Below are positions 23,934-37,975 of a stretch of 64,000 bases of DNA, piece after piece (within the stretch, counting starts at the first letter, position 1; the number at the start of each line of letters is the position of its first letter). This DNA is from Azolla caroliniana (taxonomy: Eukaryota; Plantae; Polypodiophyta). The stretch is from assembly GCA_043228905.1 (NCBI GenBank), contig JBHGNT010000020.1:11966001-12030000 (forward strand). Direction: 5' to 3'. The translations under genes were made by a program, and so were the position numbers. Under the pieces are notes generated by a model. The model made no database searches, was not told where the DNA came from, and saw nothing but the letters and a program-made list of their open reading frames with translations.

Positions 23934-26900
23934 TGTCACGTTATTACGCGCGTGTGTGGAGAACAAGGCGGGACCACTGGGGTCTTGGAACGAGGAATAG
24001 GTGAGAAAAGGGAGAGAGAGAGACACGCTCACACACGTATAAACAGAGAAGCGCATGGGAACACGCCCCAACAACACAGGAGACACAAGTTGAACGGGGA
24101 ATAGAGTATAAGAACACCAGTGTACATGTATATAAATATATGTATGCAGACGACGCGAACGGTTACAACCGATCAGGTCGGCTAGACGGATACCGACGCC
24201 TGATCACCCACGCGCGCAGGGGAGAAAGATGGAGATTCTGCCAGAAGCACACGGGCGTTCCACGGAGCAGAATCAGCCTCTCGAGAACCTGCGCAAAGGA
24301 AAGCTATGGAGAATGATAGAGAAGGGCTCGGTCCCAGTCCGACAGCAGTTCGTCCCCTCTCGCGCGCGATACCCCCGTCTCCCTCTCTTTTATATCTCAA
24401 GGAGGGAGACCGTTTTCACCCGTATACATCACATTAATTCTCTGTCCTTTCGGACAAAGATACTCCTCGATTCTCCCTATAGAATATTGCTACCTAGGAT
24501 TTTACTTTTGTGCCTACCTATCTACTATACAACAGGGGGTGTGCCCACATGTAAGGGCCACGCTACACACAGTTTGCGCCTGGGGACGGTTTTCCTCACG
24601 ACATCCGCCCCCACCTAACCGCGCATCCACCGGTATGCGCCAAAATTGGGTTCCTACTGGAGAAAAACGGTCCTTGCTTTTATTCCTTGTTTACCGGTTC
24701 GTCCTCCGCCTCGAGCTACTCGTCGTTGCTGTCCATGCCCCCTAGCTCCGGCTCACCGTCGTGTCGTTTCTTGAACGCTTTGATCCTCTTCCCCACTACC
24801 GGTATTGCCATTCTCGTACCGTCGAGCTCCGCGAGATGGTACGTCCCATTGTCGTTGGCGCCTGTTACTATGTAAGGCCCGAACCACCTCCTCGCAAACT
24901 TCCGCGTGGCCCTGCGCTGATTGTCGAGGCTGCTGTCGTAGACTAGCACCCAGTCGCCTTCCTCGATCTTCCTTGGTCGGAGCCGGTGTGTTCGGTCAAA
25001 CCAGGCTTTGTTCCTTATCCTCGCTACCCGAAGTTTCTCCGCGGCTCGCTCTACGTCCTCCGGCCTCCGCTTGAGCTGTCGAATCCGCGCCGCCAACAGT
25101 TCCTCCCGGCTCATCTCATCCCTCCAGTCCACCATGGCCCACGAGGAGATCGTTCGCTCTGTCGGCATGATCGGCTTCTATCCGAACATAAGCTCTGCCG
25201 GCATGAACCCGGTTACCGAACTGTGCGTAGTCCGGTCCGCCCACAAGGCATAAGGTAGCAGTCGTGGCCAGTTCTCGACTTGGCCTTCGCACGCCCGTAC
25301 TAGCTCTTTGACAATCGGCCTGTGTCCGCGCTCTACCTTCCCGTTCGCCTCCGGATTGTACGTTGTGGTGAGCAAAAGTTTGACTCCTAGCTGGTCGAAC
25401 AGCTCTTCGGCCTCTTCTGCGTCCAACTCACCATGGTCAGCCACGATCTTCCCTACGCACCCGTATCGACATATCACGTCCTCAATCGAAAACCGGCACA
25501 CGGCTGCAGTCATCTTGTTCTGCAAGGCTCGGCCTTCAACCTGGTTCGTTAGATCCTCCCGAGCCAGCACCAGATACCGCATCTGTCCTACCCCCATTGG
25601 CATCGTCACCAAATCCACCATCCACTTGAAGTGGACGGTCGTAGGGTAGGTCGGGTGAAGCTCGTCCCGGTGTCGGATCATGGAGTGCACCTGATAGCTT
25701 TCTCAAGTCGTCACGAACCGATGCACGTCCCGGTATAGTCCCGGCCACCAGTACTTCCCCTTTAGCTTTTCGAACGTGGCCCACGTTCCCCGGTGTCCAG
25801 CCCAAGAACTATCGTGGTACGCCGCCAGCAAATCCTCCTGTTCCTCCTTCTTCGCCACCACTCAGAGCGGGATGTTGTTCCTCTTCTTCGGGTGGTTCCA
25901 TATGTACCCGTCCCGGAGGAAGAATCGGTATGCTTTCTTCCGAGTCCAGTTGGCCTCATCCCTTGTCCATGCCGTGTCCGGTGTCATTGTTTTCAGGAAC
26001 CCGCCGATCTAAAGCCACTCCCCATTGTACTTGCTCTCGTCGAAATCGTTAAGCGTTGGAGAGCATTCCCTGCCGGTTGTTACGTAAGCCGCCTCGAAGA
26101 AGTCCACGCCGACTTCCTCGTCCTCCAAAACCATGCCACCCTCGTTTTTGAACCTCGCCCTTGAAAGCATGTCGGCCATGGCATTGTCTTTCCCGGAAAT
26201 GTGTCGTATTTCCAGATTCAGGGACTTGATGTACGCTATCCACTTAGGCATTGCCAGGTCCGGCGTCGCGCATCCGGAAACCATGCCAAGAATCGGGAGG
26301 CAGTCCGTCTCGATAATTACCTCTGTCCCGATCAGGTAGTCTTTATCGGCCTTTACCGCCAAAACGATACCCCAGAGCTCGCGTTTAACTTGGGCGTATC
26401 CTCGCTGTCGCTCGCTAAGGACCTTCGCGCCAAACCGGATCGGGAAACGCATGCCGTCCTCGTCCTCTTGGTTGACGACCCATCCGATCCCGATCGGACT
26501 CGTGTCTACCGTTACGTAAATTGGAGTGCTCTTTCCGTAGATAGCCTTTCGGAGCGCCGGAGCCGCGGCAAGTGCTTCCTTCATCTTCCGGACAGACTCC
26601 GTATGCTCGTCTCTCCACTCGAATTTTTGCCCCTTTTTCAGCAACCCGTATAACGGCTCTGCTACGTGGGCGTTGTCGAGGTATTCCTCGCGGATACGTG
26701 GAATGAGGCGGGACCTCGGGGGTCCTGTACCGAAGAGTAAAAGAGAGAGACCCACTACGTGCGAGCGTAGAATCACAGGGACACGGCCCTTCGACGCAAA
26801 GACGTGAATGGGACAGCGACACAGAAAGACACGAAAGTATGTATGTATTCACAAGACAAACGACAAAAACACGAAGACAACAAAGCACGAAGTCGGTTAC

Positions 26901-29900
26901 AACCGAACAGGCCGGCGGACAGATGTCGATGCCTGTTCGTAAGCGCACAGAAAGACAGGAACAGGTTGGAGGTGCTGCCGGAAGCACTCGGGCTTTCCTC
27001 AAAGCAGCGCGAGCCTCCCGAAACCAGCACAGAAGGAAGCTATGGAGTCTGCGAACCAGAGAGAGAGAGAGAGAAGCCTTCGCGCCCAATCCGTCAGCAC
27101 TTCGTCCTCGACTCTCCGCGATCCCTTTACTCTCCTCGTCTCCCTCCTTTTATAGGCAAGGAAGGAGCCGTTTCCCTCCCCCTTTACTCCCTACCTACCG
27201 AATCTACCTAGGATCTCCCGTGTACAACTTAAGGCGCACGTGCATGAAGAGTCGGTTTCTACGCTCCGGTACACCGATTCCGCTTGTGGACGGTTTTCTT
27301 CACGACATCCGCCCCCACCTAACCGCGCATCCACCGGCATGCGCCAAATTGTGATGGGACGGAGAAAACCGGTCCAGCCTTCATTCTTCGCCCGTCGGTT
27401 CTTCCTCGGTTTCGGATCGCTCGTCGTCGTGGTCTAAGTCAACCTGATCCGGCTCGTCATCGTGACGCTTCTTGAACGTCTTGATCCGCTTCCCAGCTAC
27501 CGGTATCGTCATTCTCGTACCGTCGAGTTCCGCTAGATGGTACGTCCCGTTGTCGTTGGCGCTTTGTACCACGTAAGGCCCGAACCACCTTCTTGCGAAC
27601 TTCCGCGTCGCTCGGTGCTGGTTGTCGAGGCTGCTGTCGTAGACAGCACCCAGTCGCCTTCCTCGATCTTCTTCGGTCGGAGCCGGTGTGTTCGGTCGAA
27701 CCTGGCTTTGTTCCTCATCCTTGCTCCCCGAAGCTTTTCCGCAGCTTGCTCCACGTCCTTCGGTCTCCGCTCGAGCTGTCGTATGCGCGCTGTCAACAGT
27801 TCCTCCCGGCTCATCTCGTCTCTCCAGTCCACGGTTGCCCATGAGGAGACCGTACGTTCGATCGGCATGATCGGCTTCTGCCCTAACATGAGCTCTGCCG
27901 GCATGAATCCGGTTACCGAACTGTGCGTAGTCCAGTCAGCCCACAACGCGTAAGGCAGTAGCCGCGGCCAGTTCCCGACTCGACCTCCGCATGCCCGAAC
28001 TAACGCCTTGACGATCGGTCCGTGTCCGCGCTCCACCTTTCCATTCGCCTCCGGATTGTACGCAGTGGTAAGCGAGAGCTTGACTCCTAGCCGGTCGAAC
28101 AGCTCCTCGGCCTCTTCGGCGTCCAACTCCCCGCGATCACCCACGATCTTCCCGACGCACCCGTACCGGCATATTACGTCCTCGAGCAGGAACCGACATA
28201 CGGCCGCAGTCGTTTTGTTCTGAAGGGCCCGGCCTTCCACCTGGTTCGTTAGATCTTCCCGAGCCAGGACCAGATACCGCATCTGTCCTACTCCTATCGG
28301 CATTGTTACCAGGTCTACCATCCATTTGAAGTGGATGGTCAGAGGGTACGTAGGGTGAAGTTCGTCCCAGTGTCGGACTATGGAGTGCATCTGACAGCTC
28401 TCGCAAGTTGTCACGAATCGATGCACGTCCCGGTACAATCCCGGCCACCAGTACTTCCCTTTTATCTTCTCGAACGTGGCCCAGGTTCCACGGTGTCCGG
28501 CCCAAGGGCTGTCGTGGTAGGCCGTCAGCAGCTCCTCCTGTTCTTCCTTCATCGCCACCACCCAGAGCGGAGCGCCGTCCCTCTTCTTCGGGTGCTTCCA
28601 TAAGTATCCGTCCCGGAGAAAGAATCGGTAAGCTTTCTTCCGGATCCGGTTGGCCTCGTCCTTCGTCCATGACGCATCCGGCGTCATTGTCCTCAAGAAT
28701 CCACGATCTGGAGCCACTCGCCGTCGTACTTGCTCTCGTCGAAGTCGTTAAGTGCCGGAGTGCTCGTCCCATCGGTCGTCACGTACGCCGACTCGAAGAA
28801 GTCCACGCCGACTTCTTCGTCCTCCGTAACCATGCCGCCCTCGTCATCAAACCTCGCCCTCGAAAGCATGTCGGCCATGGCGTTGTCCTTTCCGGAAATG
28901 TGTCGTATCTCTGGGTCCAAGGACTTGATGTACGCTATCCACCTGAGCATTGCCAGGTCCGGTGTCGCGCATCCGGAAACCATGCCAAGAATTGGCAGGC
29001 AATCCGTCTCGATAATCACTTCTGCCCCGATCAGGTAGTCTTTGTCGGCCTTTACTGCCGAAACGATACCCCAGAGTTCACGTTTAACCTGGGCGTACCC
29101 TCGCTGTCGCTCACTGAGGACCTTCGCGCCGAATCGGATCGGGAACCGAATGCCGTCCTCGTCTTCTTGGTTGACGACCCATCCGATCCCGGTCGGACTC
29201 GTATCCACCGTTATGTATACCGGGGTACCCTTCCCGTAAACAGCCTTCCGGAGCGCCGGTGCTGCCGCAAGAGCTTCCTTCAGCTTCCGGACCGACTCCG
29301 TATGCTCGTCTTGCCATTCGAATTTTTGCCCTTTCTTCAGCAGCCCGTATAGTGGCTCCGCAACGTGGGCGTAATGCGGGATCCATATGTGGTAGAATGC
29401 GCATGCCCCCAGGAACCTCCGAACTTCCGTAACCGAGCCACAGTCGGTCTTCATCACGGAGATGGCTTCTACCTTTGCCGGAGACGGCTTCCGGCCATAT
29501 GGCCCACATAGGTGTCCGACTAACAGGATTTCCGATTGCCCGAAGGCCGATTTCTCCCCGGAGAAGGTGAGCCTAGTATCCTCTAGCCTTTGTAGCACCT
29601 TCTCGCAGTCGTCGATGTGTTTCTTCACGAATCACCGGCATCCGTCCGGCCCGACTGTCTCGTCCTTCTCCTCCACCGGGCATCCCTTTATGGGGATGTC
29701 GTCAAGAAACGGCATGGTGATGTCCGGTATGCAATCCCTCAGTACTTTGTTCATTGCATTCACCATGTGGGCCACCGAGTTGGTCCCTCCTTGTGGCAGG
29801 GTACACATTCGCACTAGACCGAGGGGAGTTCGCATTGTCGTAATGTCTCTGCTCTCCACGCCTAGCTGGAACTGGTCGTACCCCGAGTACAGATCACCGA

Positions 29901-32900
29901 CCGAGTAAATCGACCTTCTGGCGAAGGCCTCCGCGAACTCGTCTATGGTCGGTCCGATTCCTGTGTTTCAAATGGTCACTCTATTGACCGGCTGCAGGTC
30001 TTGAATGAAGCGCAACGTTCCGTTTTTCTTCGGTACGGTGAACCATCGGTTCGAGTATGGGGCACTCGACGGTTCGAGAATGCCCATATCTACTTTCTGC
30101 CTCAATAGCTCCATCAATTTCGGGATGTGAGCTCTTGGTACCGGAATCGGCTTGAGATTCCACGGCACATGCGGTACCGTGAATATCACCATCGGCTCCA
30201 CGATCGTTGGGTCTACGCACCCGATCTCTTTCGGTGAGAATGCGAAGGCTTTCCCGTGCCTTCCGAGCATCCTCCGAAATCGGTCTTCCTCCGCCGGCAG
30301 TAGGAACCCGCCCCCACCGATTTTGAGCTCCCGGAGCGTCCCGTCGGTGAAGGTGTGTCCTATGCGGGCCGGATCTCGTAAACTGGGGTCCGACGCAACC
30401 CCTCTGATCCGGGACTCGCTGTCCTCCGGTAAGGGTGTCGCGACTGGCCTTACCTTCCGGTCCACAGTCTTGTACTTTGTGCTAACTCGTGCCGTCCGAT
30501 CCGACCCGAGGCCCCGACTGAAGTCCGCGATGACTTCGTACATCTCTTCGGAACATACCGGTATCGTCCGGTCTTCGTTGAGGTTTTCTCCGGCAACCTT
30601 CCTCAGCGTCCCTAAGGTGTCGTCGAAGGAGACCGCCTCCATGGCTCCGCTGATTTCCTCGTCCGAGCCGAGAACTCCGCATGCTTGAAGTCGCTCTTCC
30701 GCCCTTGTCTTTTCTCGGCCAACGATGCCGACCATCATACACCCTCCGTTGTCGGAGAAGCAAAATCCCCTACCTATCGTACAGTCGTGGGGTCTTTCCC
30801 GAGTGTCCGGACTGTCTCGGCCCCACGCCTTGGCAGCCCTCTCTAAAAATCCTCCCGGTTCTCGCCACCGAGGGATTCGCGGTTTCTCTCGTGGTTCGGC
30901 CGCACCGTCAAAAATTGCACCGAATGGCGCCCGTCCTGGCTTTTGACCCTAGCGTAAGCCGAACCGTTGTCCAGCACCTTGGTCTCCAATCTTGCCGCCG
31001 TGATGTATGGTTCCCCTACTATGACCGGATGCGAAGACGTCTCCTGTACGAAGAAGTGCTGGTCAACCTCGACGTCGCCGATCTTGACTCGCACGTTCGG
31101 GCAGGCCCCATGCAGTTCCTCGGTGGCGCGCGTCGCCGCCCGTATCTTCCACCCGTGCTTGGTGTTGATCGGCCACCACCGGTTCCCGAACATCTCCGAT
31201 CTTTACCGGGGTCTCCGTGGTCGCTCGGGCCCAGTGTGGCCTCGAATAGTGGCTCTCCGCCCACTCATCTGCCAGCGCCGAGTCGTCGATGTGCGTCGTC
31301 CGCACCTCTACCGGTCTTTCCGCATCCGTCTCCGTTGACAGCCTCTTCCGTTTCACCAGGTCCACAATGGAGTCGTGGAATTCCTTCTTGGCGATCCCTA
31401 GCACCTCTCGCAATGACAGCTCCACTTTGTTGTCGAGGATCCGTTCCTCTAGGACCTTCCGTAGGTCCGTAGTCCTTTCTATTTCTGTCCCCAGTCGGTA
31501 CCCGCCCTTCCTGGGGTTATCTTGCGGGCCGGGCCCACCGGCATCGTTCCGTTGTTGTCCGAATCGGGTCTCGTACCGTTGTGAGGGCCCGGTCGCTCCG
31601 GCTTTCCCCACTCGTTTCTCTTCTACCAGAGCCTCGTAGTTCCGGCAAGCGGCTTCTACGAAGCCCGTCTTCTCCTCGACCGGATCGCTCCACCCGGTTA
31701 TTTCCCGGACCCGTCTCTCAGCGTGGTCCGTTTCATCTTTCCTCAGTCGCGCGTCGGCGAGGCCTTCCAGCATCGCCGACCAGAATCCGTCTTTGCCCTC
31801 CTTTCGAGCCTCGCTGCCCCCGACCCGAATGCCGGCCGACGCCGAGTAGTGGATGGCCTCCACGTGTCGGGCCGCTGCCTCTTCCATCAGTCTCTTTATA
31901 CCTCCTCGCCCGTCGTTTCGGCTCAGGGCCCTCCTAGTGTCGCCAGCGTGCACCCGGCCTTCCCACAGGTACACCACCCGGTTTCTCAGCGCCTCTGCGA
32001 AATCGCCGCAGTCCTTCCGAATGTGGCCGACCTCGTCGCACCACATGCACATGTTCCCCGTTGCCGGCCGTCGGTCACGAGCCGGATCGCCGCCTTCCCT
32101 TCGAGTCTAGGCGATCTGGAGATCCTTTATCGCCCGCGTCAACTCCTCTATCGCTGCTCCTCCGGACGAGCCATTGACCATGCTGGTCGAAGCCGGACCG
32201 GTTTCGAGCCATTCCCGGGTTTCTTCCCTTCGCACTTGCGGTGCCGGTTCAAGCCTCCTTGCTATAACAGAGCCCGCACCGGCCACCCCGTTGTCTGCCC
32301 ATTCTCGTCGTTTGTCGAAACGGCCACAGACTCTCTTAACCGCAGCCCAGTCGGTCGTCAACCCGTCTTCAGTTTCCAGCAAGGAGCCGACTTGATCCCG
32401 GTCCCGCTCGTCCACCGACTTGACGAACAGTAGGACCCGGCTCGTATCCAGGATAGTTCGGTCAAGCGCCGAAAGGCGCGCAAAGCGTTCTTCGAACTCC
32501 CGGAGGAGTGCCGACGCGTTTCTTCATTTGCCGGGGGACTCCACCCATTCCATGAAGTCCCGTTTCGAAAGCCGGAGCGCGTCGTCCAGCCCATATTTCT
32601 CTAGGAGTCGGCCTTCGAACTCCTCCCAGGTACGGCTCTCCGCCCGTACCTCGAGCACCTCCGCATGGATGCTCGGCATCGCCACCCGAGGGAACCCGGC
32701 AAGACGCCTCTCTTCCGGAATGTCCCGCATCAGCATTTCCGCCCCGTAGGACGCCAAATACCTCGTGGCATCCTTTCCGCTGAAACGGCCGATCGTACCG
32801 ACGACCGCCTCAATGGCTCTGTCGAGGGCACCGGTGCCCTCGCGTGTGCTCAATATTCGATCCACGGCCGAAGCCATGGCCTCTGCAAGATCTGACCCCC

Positions 32901-35900
32901 TCATCTTCTGCTCTTCTGCCGCCTCCTTCACGTCGGGTTCACCAAATATGTCGAGGTATTCCTCGCGGATACGTGGAGTGAGGCGGGACCTCGGGGGTCC
33001 TGTACCGAAGAGTAAAAGAGAGAGACCCACTACGTGCGAGCGTAGAATCACAGGGACACGGCCCTTCGACGCAAAGACGTGAATGGGACAGCGACACAGA
33101 AAGACACGAAAGTATGTATGTATTCACAAGACAAACGACAAAAACACGAAGACAACAAAGCACGAAGTCGGTTACAACCGAACAGGCCGGCGGACAGATG
33201 TCGATGCCTGTTCGTAAGCGCACAGAAAGACAGGAACAGGTTGGAGGTGCTACCGGAAGCACTCGGGCTTTCCTCAAAGCAGCGCGAGCCTCCCGAAACC
33301 TGCACAGAAGGAAGCTATGGAGTCTGCGAACCAGAGAGAGAGAGAGAGAAGCCTTCGCGCCCAATCCGTCAGCACTTCGTCCTCGACTCTCCGCGATCCC
33401 TTTACTCTCCTCGTCTCCCTCCTTTTATAGGCAAGGAAGGAGCCGTTTCCCCCCCCCTTTACTCCCTACCTACCGAATCTACCTAGGATCTCCCGTGTAC
33501 AACTTAAGGCGCACGTGCATGAAGAGTCGGTTTCTACGCTCCGGTACACCGATTCCGCTTGTGGACGGTTTTCTTCACGACAGTGTAATGCGGGATCCAT
33601 ATGTGGTAGAACGCGCATGCTCCCAAGAACCTCCGAACCTCCGTGATCGAGCTACAGTCATGCTTCATCGCGGAGATGGCTTCTACCTTAGCCGAAGACG
33701 GTTTCTGGCCGTACGACCCGCATAGGTGTCCGACGACCATGATCTCTGATTGCCCGAAGGCCGATTTTCCCCCGGAGAAGGTGAGCCTCGCGCCCTCTAA
33801 CCTCTGCAGCACCCTTTCACAGTCATCGATGTGCATCGCCACGAATTTCCGGCACCCGTCCGGTCTGATCGTCTCGTCCCTTTCCTCCACCAGGCATCCC
33901 TTGATCTGGACGTCGTCCAAAAACGGCATGGTGATGTCCGGAATACAATCCCTCAGCACCTTGTTCATTGCGTTCACCATGTGAGCCACGAGTTCGTCCC
34001 TCCTTGCGGTAGGGTACACATCCGTACTAGGCCGAGAGGAGTTCGCATTGTCGTGATGTCTCTACTCTCTATGGCTAGCTGGAACTGATCGTATCCCGAG
34101 TAGAGATCGCCGACCGAGTAAATCGACCTTTCGGCGAAGGCCTCCGCGAACTTGTCTATTGTCGGTCCGATTCTTGTGTTTTGAATGGTCACCTTGTTGA
34201 TCGGCTGCAGGTATTGAATAAAGCGCAGCGTGCCGTCCTTCTTCGGCACGGTAAACCACCGATTCGAGTATGGGGCACTCGACGGTTCGAGGATGCCCAT
34301 CTCCACCTTTTGCTTTAGGAGCTCCATCACCATCAGATGTGAGCTCTTGGCACCGGAATCGGCTTGAGATTCCACGGTACATGTGGTACCGTGAAGATCA
34401 CCATCGGCTTGAGATTCCACTGTACATGCGGTACCGTGAAGATCATCTCCGGTGAGAATGAGAAAGCCTTCTCGTGCCTCCCGAGCATTCTCCGAAACCG
34501 GTCCTCCGCCGCCGGCAGTAGGAAGCCGCCCCCACCGACCTTGAGCTCCCGTAGCATTATGTCGGTGAACCGGTGCCCTATGCCGGCCGGATTCCATAAA
34601 CTTGGGTCCGACGCAACCCCTTTTATCCGCCCCTCGCTGCCCTCCTGCAAGGGTGCCGCGACTGGCCTCACCTTCCGGTCCACCGTCTTGTACTTCGTGT
34701 CCACCCGGGCCGTACGATCCAACTCGAGCCCTCTACTGAAGTCCGCGATGACTTCGTACATCCTTTCCGAACATACCGGAATCGTCTGGTCCTCTTTAAG
34801 GACTCCTCCGACTACCTTTCTCAACTCCCCCAAGGTATCGTCGAAAGAGACCGCCTCCACGGCTCCGTTGATGTCCTCATCGGGGAAGAGGACTCTGCAT
34901 CCCCTGAGCCGCTCCTCCGCTCTCTTCCTCTCCCTGCCGCTGACGCTGGTTATAGTACAACCTCCGTTGTTGGAGAACCAAAATTTCCTACTTATAGTAC
35001 AGGTCTTCTTCGCTATCGTACACTTGTGGGGTTTTCCCGGAGTATCCGGACTATCGCGGCCCCACGCCTTGATAGCCCTCTCTAAAAATCCTCTCGGCTT
35101 TCGCCCCCGAGGGTCTCGCGGTTCCGCTCATGGTTCGGTCTCACCGTAAGGAACTGGACCAAGTGGCGCTCATCCTGGCTCTTGACCCTTGCATAGGCTG
35201 AGCCGTTGTCCAGCACCTTGGTCTCCATCCATGCTGCCATGATGTACGGTTCTCCTAGTATAACCGGATGTGAGGACGTCTCCTGCACGAAGAAGTGTTG
35301 GTCAATCTCGACATCGCCGATCTTTACTCGTACATTCGGGCAGGCTCCATGCAGTTCTTCGGTGGCACGCGTCGTTGCCCGTATTTTCCACCCGTGCTTG
35401 GTGTTGATCGGCCATTTCCCCTTCTTGTAGAAGTCCATGGACATCAAATTGATTTCTGAACCGTGGTCCACCAACGCCACCACCGGTTCATGAACATCTC
35501 CGATCTTCACGGTGGTCTTCGTGGTCGCTCTAGCCCAATGCGGCCTCGAATAGTGGCTCTCCGCCAACTCGTCTTCCAGCGCCATGTCCTCTATGTGCGT
35601 CGTCCGCACCTCCACCGGCTTCTCCGGTTCTGTCTCCGTCGACAGCCTCTTCCTCTTCACCAAGTCTACGATGGAGTCGTGGAACACCTTCTTGGCGATC
35701 CCGAGAACTTCCCTCAGCAACAGTTCCACCCTGTTGTCGAGGATTCGCTCTTCCAAGACCTTTCGCAGGTCCATGGATCTTTCGATTTCTGTGCCCAGCC
35801 GGTACCCGCCCTTCTTGGGATTATCCTGGGCGCCGGTTACACCGGCCTCATTCCTCCTTTGCCCGAATCGGGTTTCATATCGTTGCGAGGGCCCGGCCCC

Positions 35901-37930
35901 TCCGGTTTTCCCTACCCGCTTGTCCTCCACTAGAGCCTCGTAGTTTTGACAAGTGGCTTTGACGAAGCCCGTCTTTTCTTCCACTGGGTCACTCCACCCG
36001 GTTACCTCCCGGACCCGTTTTTCCGCGCAGTCCGCCTCTTCTTTCCTTAGTCGTGCGTCGACAAGGCCTTCTAGCATCGTCGGCCAGAACCCGGCGTTGT
36101 TCGTCTTCGGGGCCTCACCACCTCCGACCCGAATACCAGCCGACGCTGAATAGTGGACGGTCTCCGCGTGATGAGCCACCGCCTCCTCCATCAGCCTTTT
36201 GATACCTCCTCGCCCGACGTTCAGGTCCAGGGGCCTTCGGGTCTCGCTGGCGTGCACCCGACCGTTCCATAGGTACACCACGTTGCTTCTCATCGCCTCG
36301 GCGAAGTCCCCGCAGTCCTTCCGGATGTGGCCAACCGCGTCACACCACATGCACCTGTTCCCAGCCAGAGGTCGCCGGTCACGGTCCTGTTCGCCACCGT
36401 CCGTCTGTGCCTGGGCGATCTGGAGATCTTTTACCATTCGCGTCAGTTCCTCCAGAGCTGCTCCCCCGGCGAGCCCTTGACCATGCCGGTCGAAGCTGAT
36501 CCGGTCTCGAGCCAATCTCGGGTCTCTTCCCTTCGCGTTGGTGGTGTTGGCTCGAGCTTCCTTGCTGCGACAGAGCCCGCCCCTGTCGATCCTTTGTCAA
36601 CCCATTCCCGGCGTTTGTCGAAACGGCCACAGACCCTCTTCACCACGGCCCAATCGACCGTCAGCCCGTCATCAGTCTCCAATAGGAGGCCTACTTGCTC
36701 CCGATCCCGCTCGTCAACTGAATTAACAAACAATAGGACACGACTTGTGTCCAGAATGGTCCGGTCAATCACCGAGAGGTGCACGAAGCGTTCCTCAAAC
36801 TCCCGGAGGAGCACCGACGCGTTCCTTCCTTTGTCGAGGGTCTCCACCCACTCCATGAAGTCCCGCTTCGAAAGTCGAAGCGCATCTTCAAGCCCGTATT
36901 TTTCGAGGAGCCGACCTTCGAACTCCTCCCAAGTCCGGCTCTCGGCCCGTACCTCGAGCACCTCCGTATGGATGCCCGGCATCGCCACTCGAGGGAATCC
37001 GGCTAGACGCCTCTCTTCCGGAATGTCCCTCACTACCATCTCAGCCCGGTAGGACGCCAAGTAGCTCGTGGCATCCTTCCCACTAAACCGGCCGATCGTA
37101 CCGACAACTGCCTCGATAGCCCTATCAAGGGCGTCAGTGCCTTCGCACGCGCTCACTATACGGTCCACAGCCGAAGCCATGGCTTCTGCGAGATCCGACC
37201 CCCTCATCTTCTACTCCTCTGCCGCTTGTTCACGTCGGGTTCACCAAATGATGTCACGTTATTACGCGCGTGCGTGGAGAACAAGGCGGGACCACTGGGG
37301 TCTTGGACCGAGGAATAGGTGAGAAAAGGGAGAGAGAGAGACACGCTCACACACGTATAAACAGAGAAGCGCACGGGAACACGCCCCAACAACACAGGAG
37401 ACACGAATCGAACGGGGAATAGAGTATAAGAACACCAGTGTACATGCATATAAATATATGTATGCAGACGACGCGAACGGTTACAACCGATCAGGTCGGC
37501 TAGACGGATACCGACACCTGATCACCCACACGCGCAGGGGAGAAAGATGGAGATTTTGCCAGAAGCACACGGGCGTTCCACGGAGCAGAATCAGCCTCTC
37601 GAGAACCTGCGCAAAGGAAAGCTATGGAGAATGACAGAGAAGGGCTCGGTCCCAGTCCGACAGCAGTTCATCCCCTCTCGCGCGCGATACCCCCGTCTCC
37701 CTCTCTTTTATATCTCAAGGAGGGAGACCGTTTTCACCCGTATACATCACATTAATTCTCTGTCCTTTCGGACAAAGATACTCCTCGATTCTCCCTATAG
37801 AATATTGCTACCTAGGATTTTACTTTTGTGCCTACCTATCTACTATACAACAGGGGGCGTGCCCACGTGTAAGGGCCGGTTCACACACGCTACACACGGT
37901 TTGCGCCTGGGGACGGTTTTCCTCACGACA
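23934..37930 (-). mobile_element. Ty3/gypsy LTR retrotransposon (Gypsy-A), degenerate, containing Gypsy-B
   Basis: LTRs at 23934-24603 and 37252-37930, 4-bp TSD ACGT (23930-23933, 37931-37934). PBS 37230-37246 and PPT AGGTGGGGGCGGA next to 24603. gag-PR remnants at 35082-37207 and pol remnants at 24716-26673 and 33587-35080. Confidence 0.96.
26674..33582 (-). mobile_element. Ty3/gypsy LTR retrotransposon (Gypsy-B) nested in Gypsy-A pol
   Basis: 634-bp LTRs at 26674-27307 and 32949-33582 (about 4 mismatches by eye), TSD GCGT/GTGT, PBS 32928-32944. RT motifs PQGGTNS and FLDD, plus integrase. Several nonsense and frameshift lesions, and a GTGGC-microhomology deletion that removes the protease active site at ~31175. 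Confidence 0.97.
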
Positions 37931-37975
37931 ACGTTGTGCTATGATGAGCTTGATTCTCAACAGATATATATACCC

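Larger units (their letters stand above)
17162..37962 (-). mobile_element. Ty1/copia LTR retrotransposon (Copia-2), degenerate, host to four nested insertions
   Basis: The 3' LTR is 17162-18371 (contains a solo LTR). The 5' LTR is 23510-23933 + 37935-37962 (split by Gypsy-A). TSD GATAT (17157-17161, 37963-37967), PBS TGGTATCAGA ending 23509, PPT 18372-18382. ORF remnants: gag ~22500-23390, PR/IN 21261-22531, RT 18901-19899 (LYVDD), RH 18460-18852. Confidence 0.95.

Noticed and set aside
28408-32433. Long antisense ORFs over the gypsy coding regions
   Set aside because: Expected in GC-rich coding DNA, with inconsistent boundaries among A, B and C.
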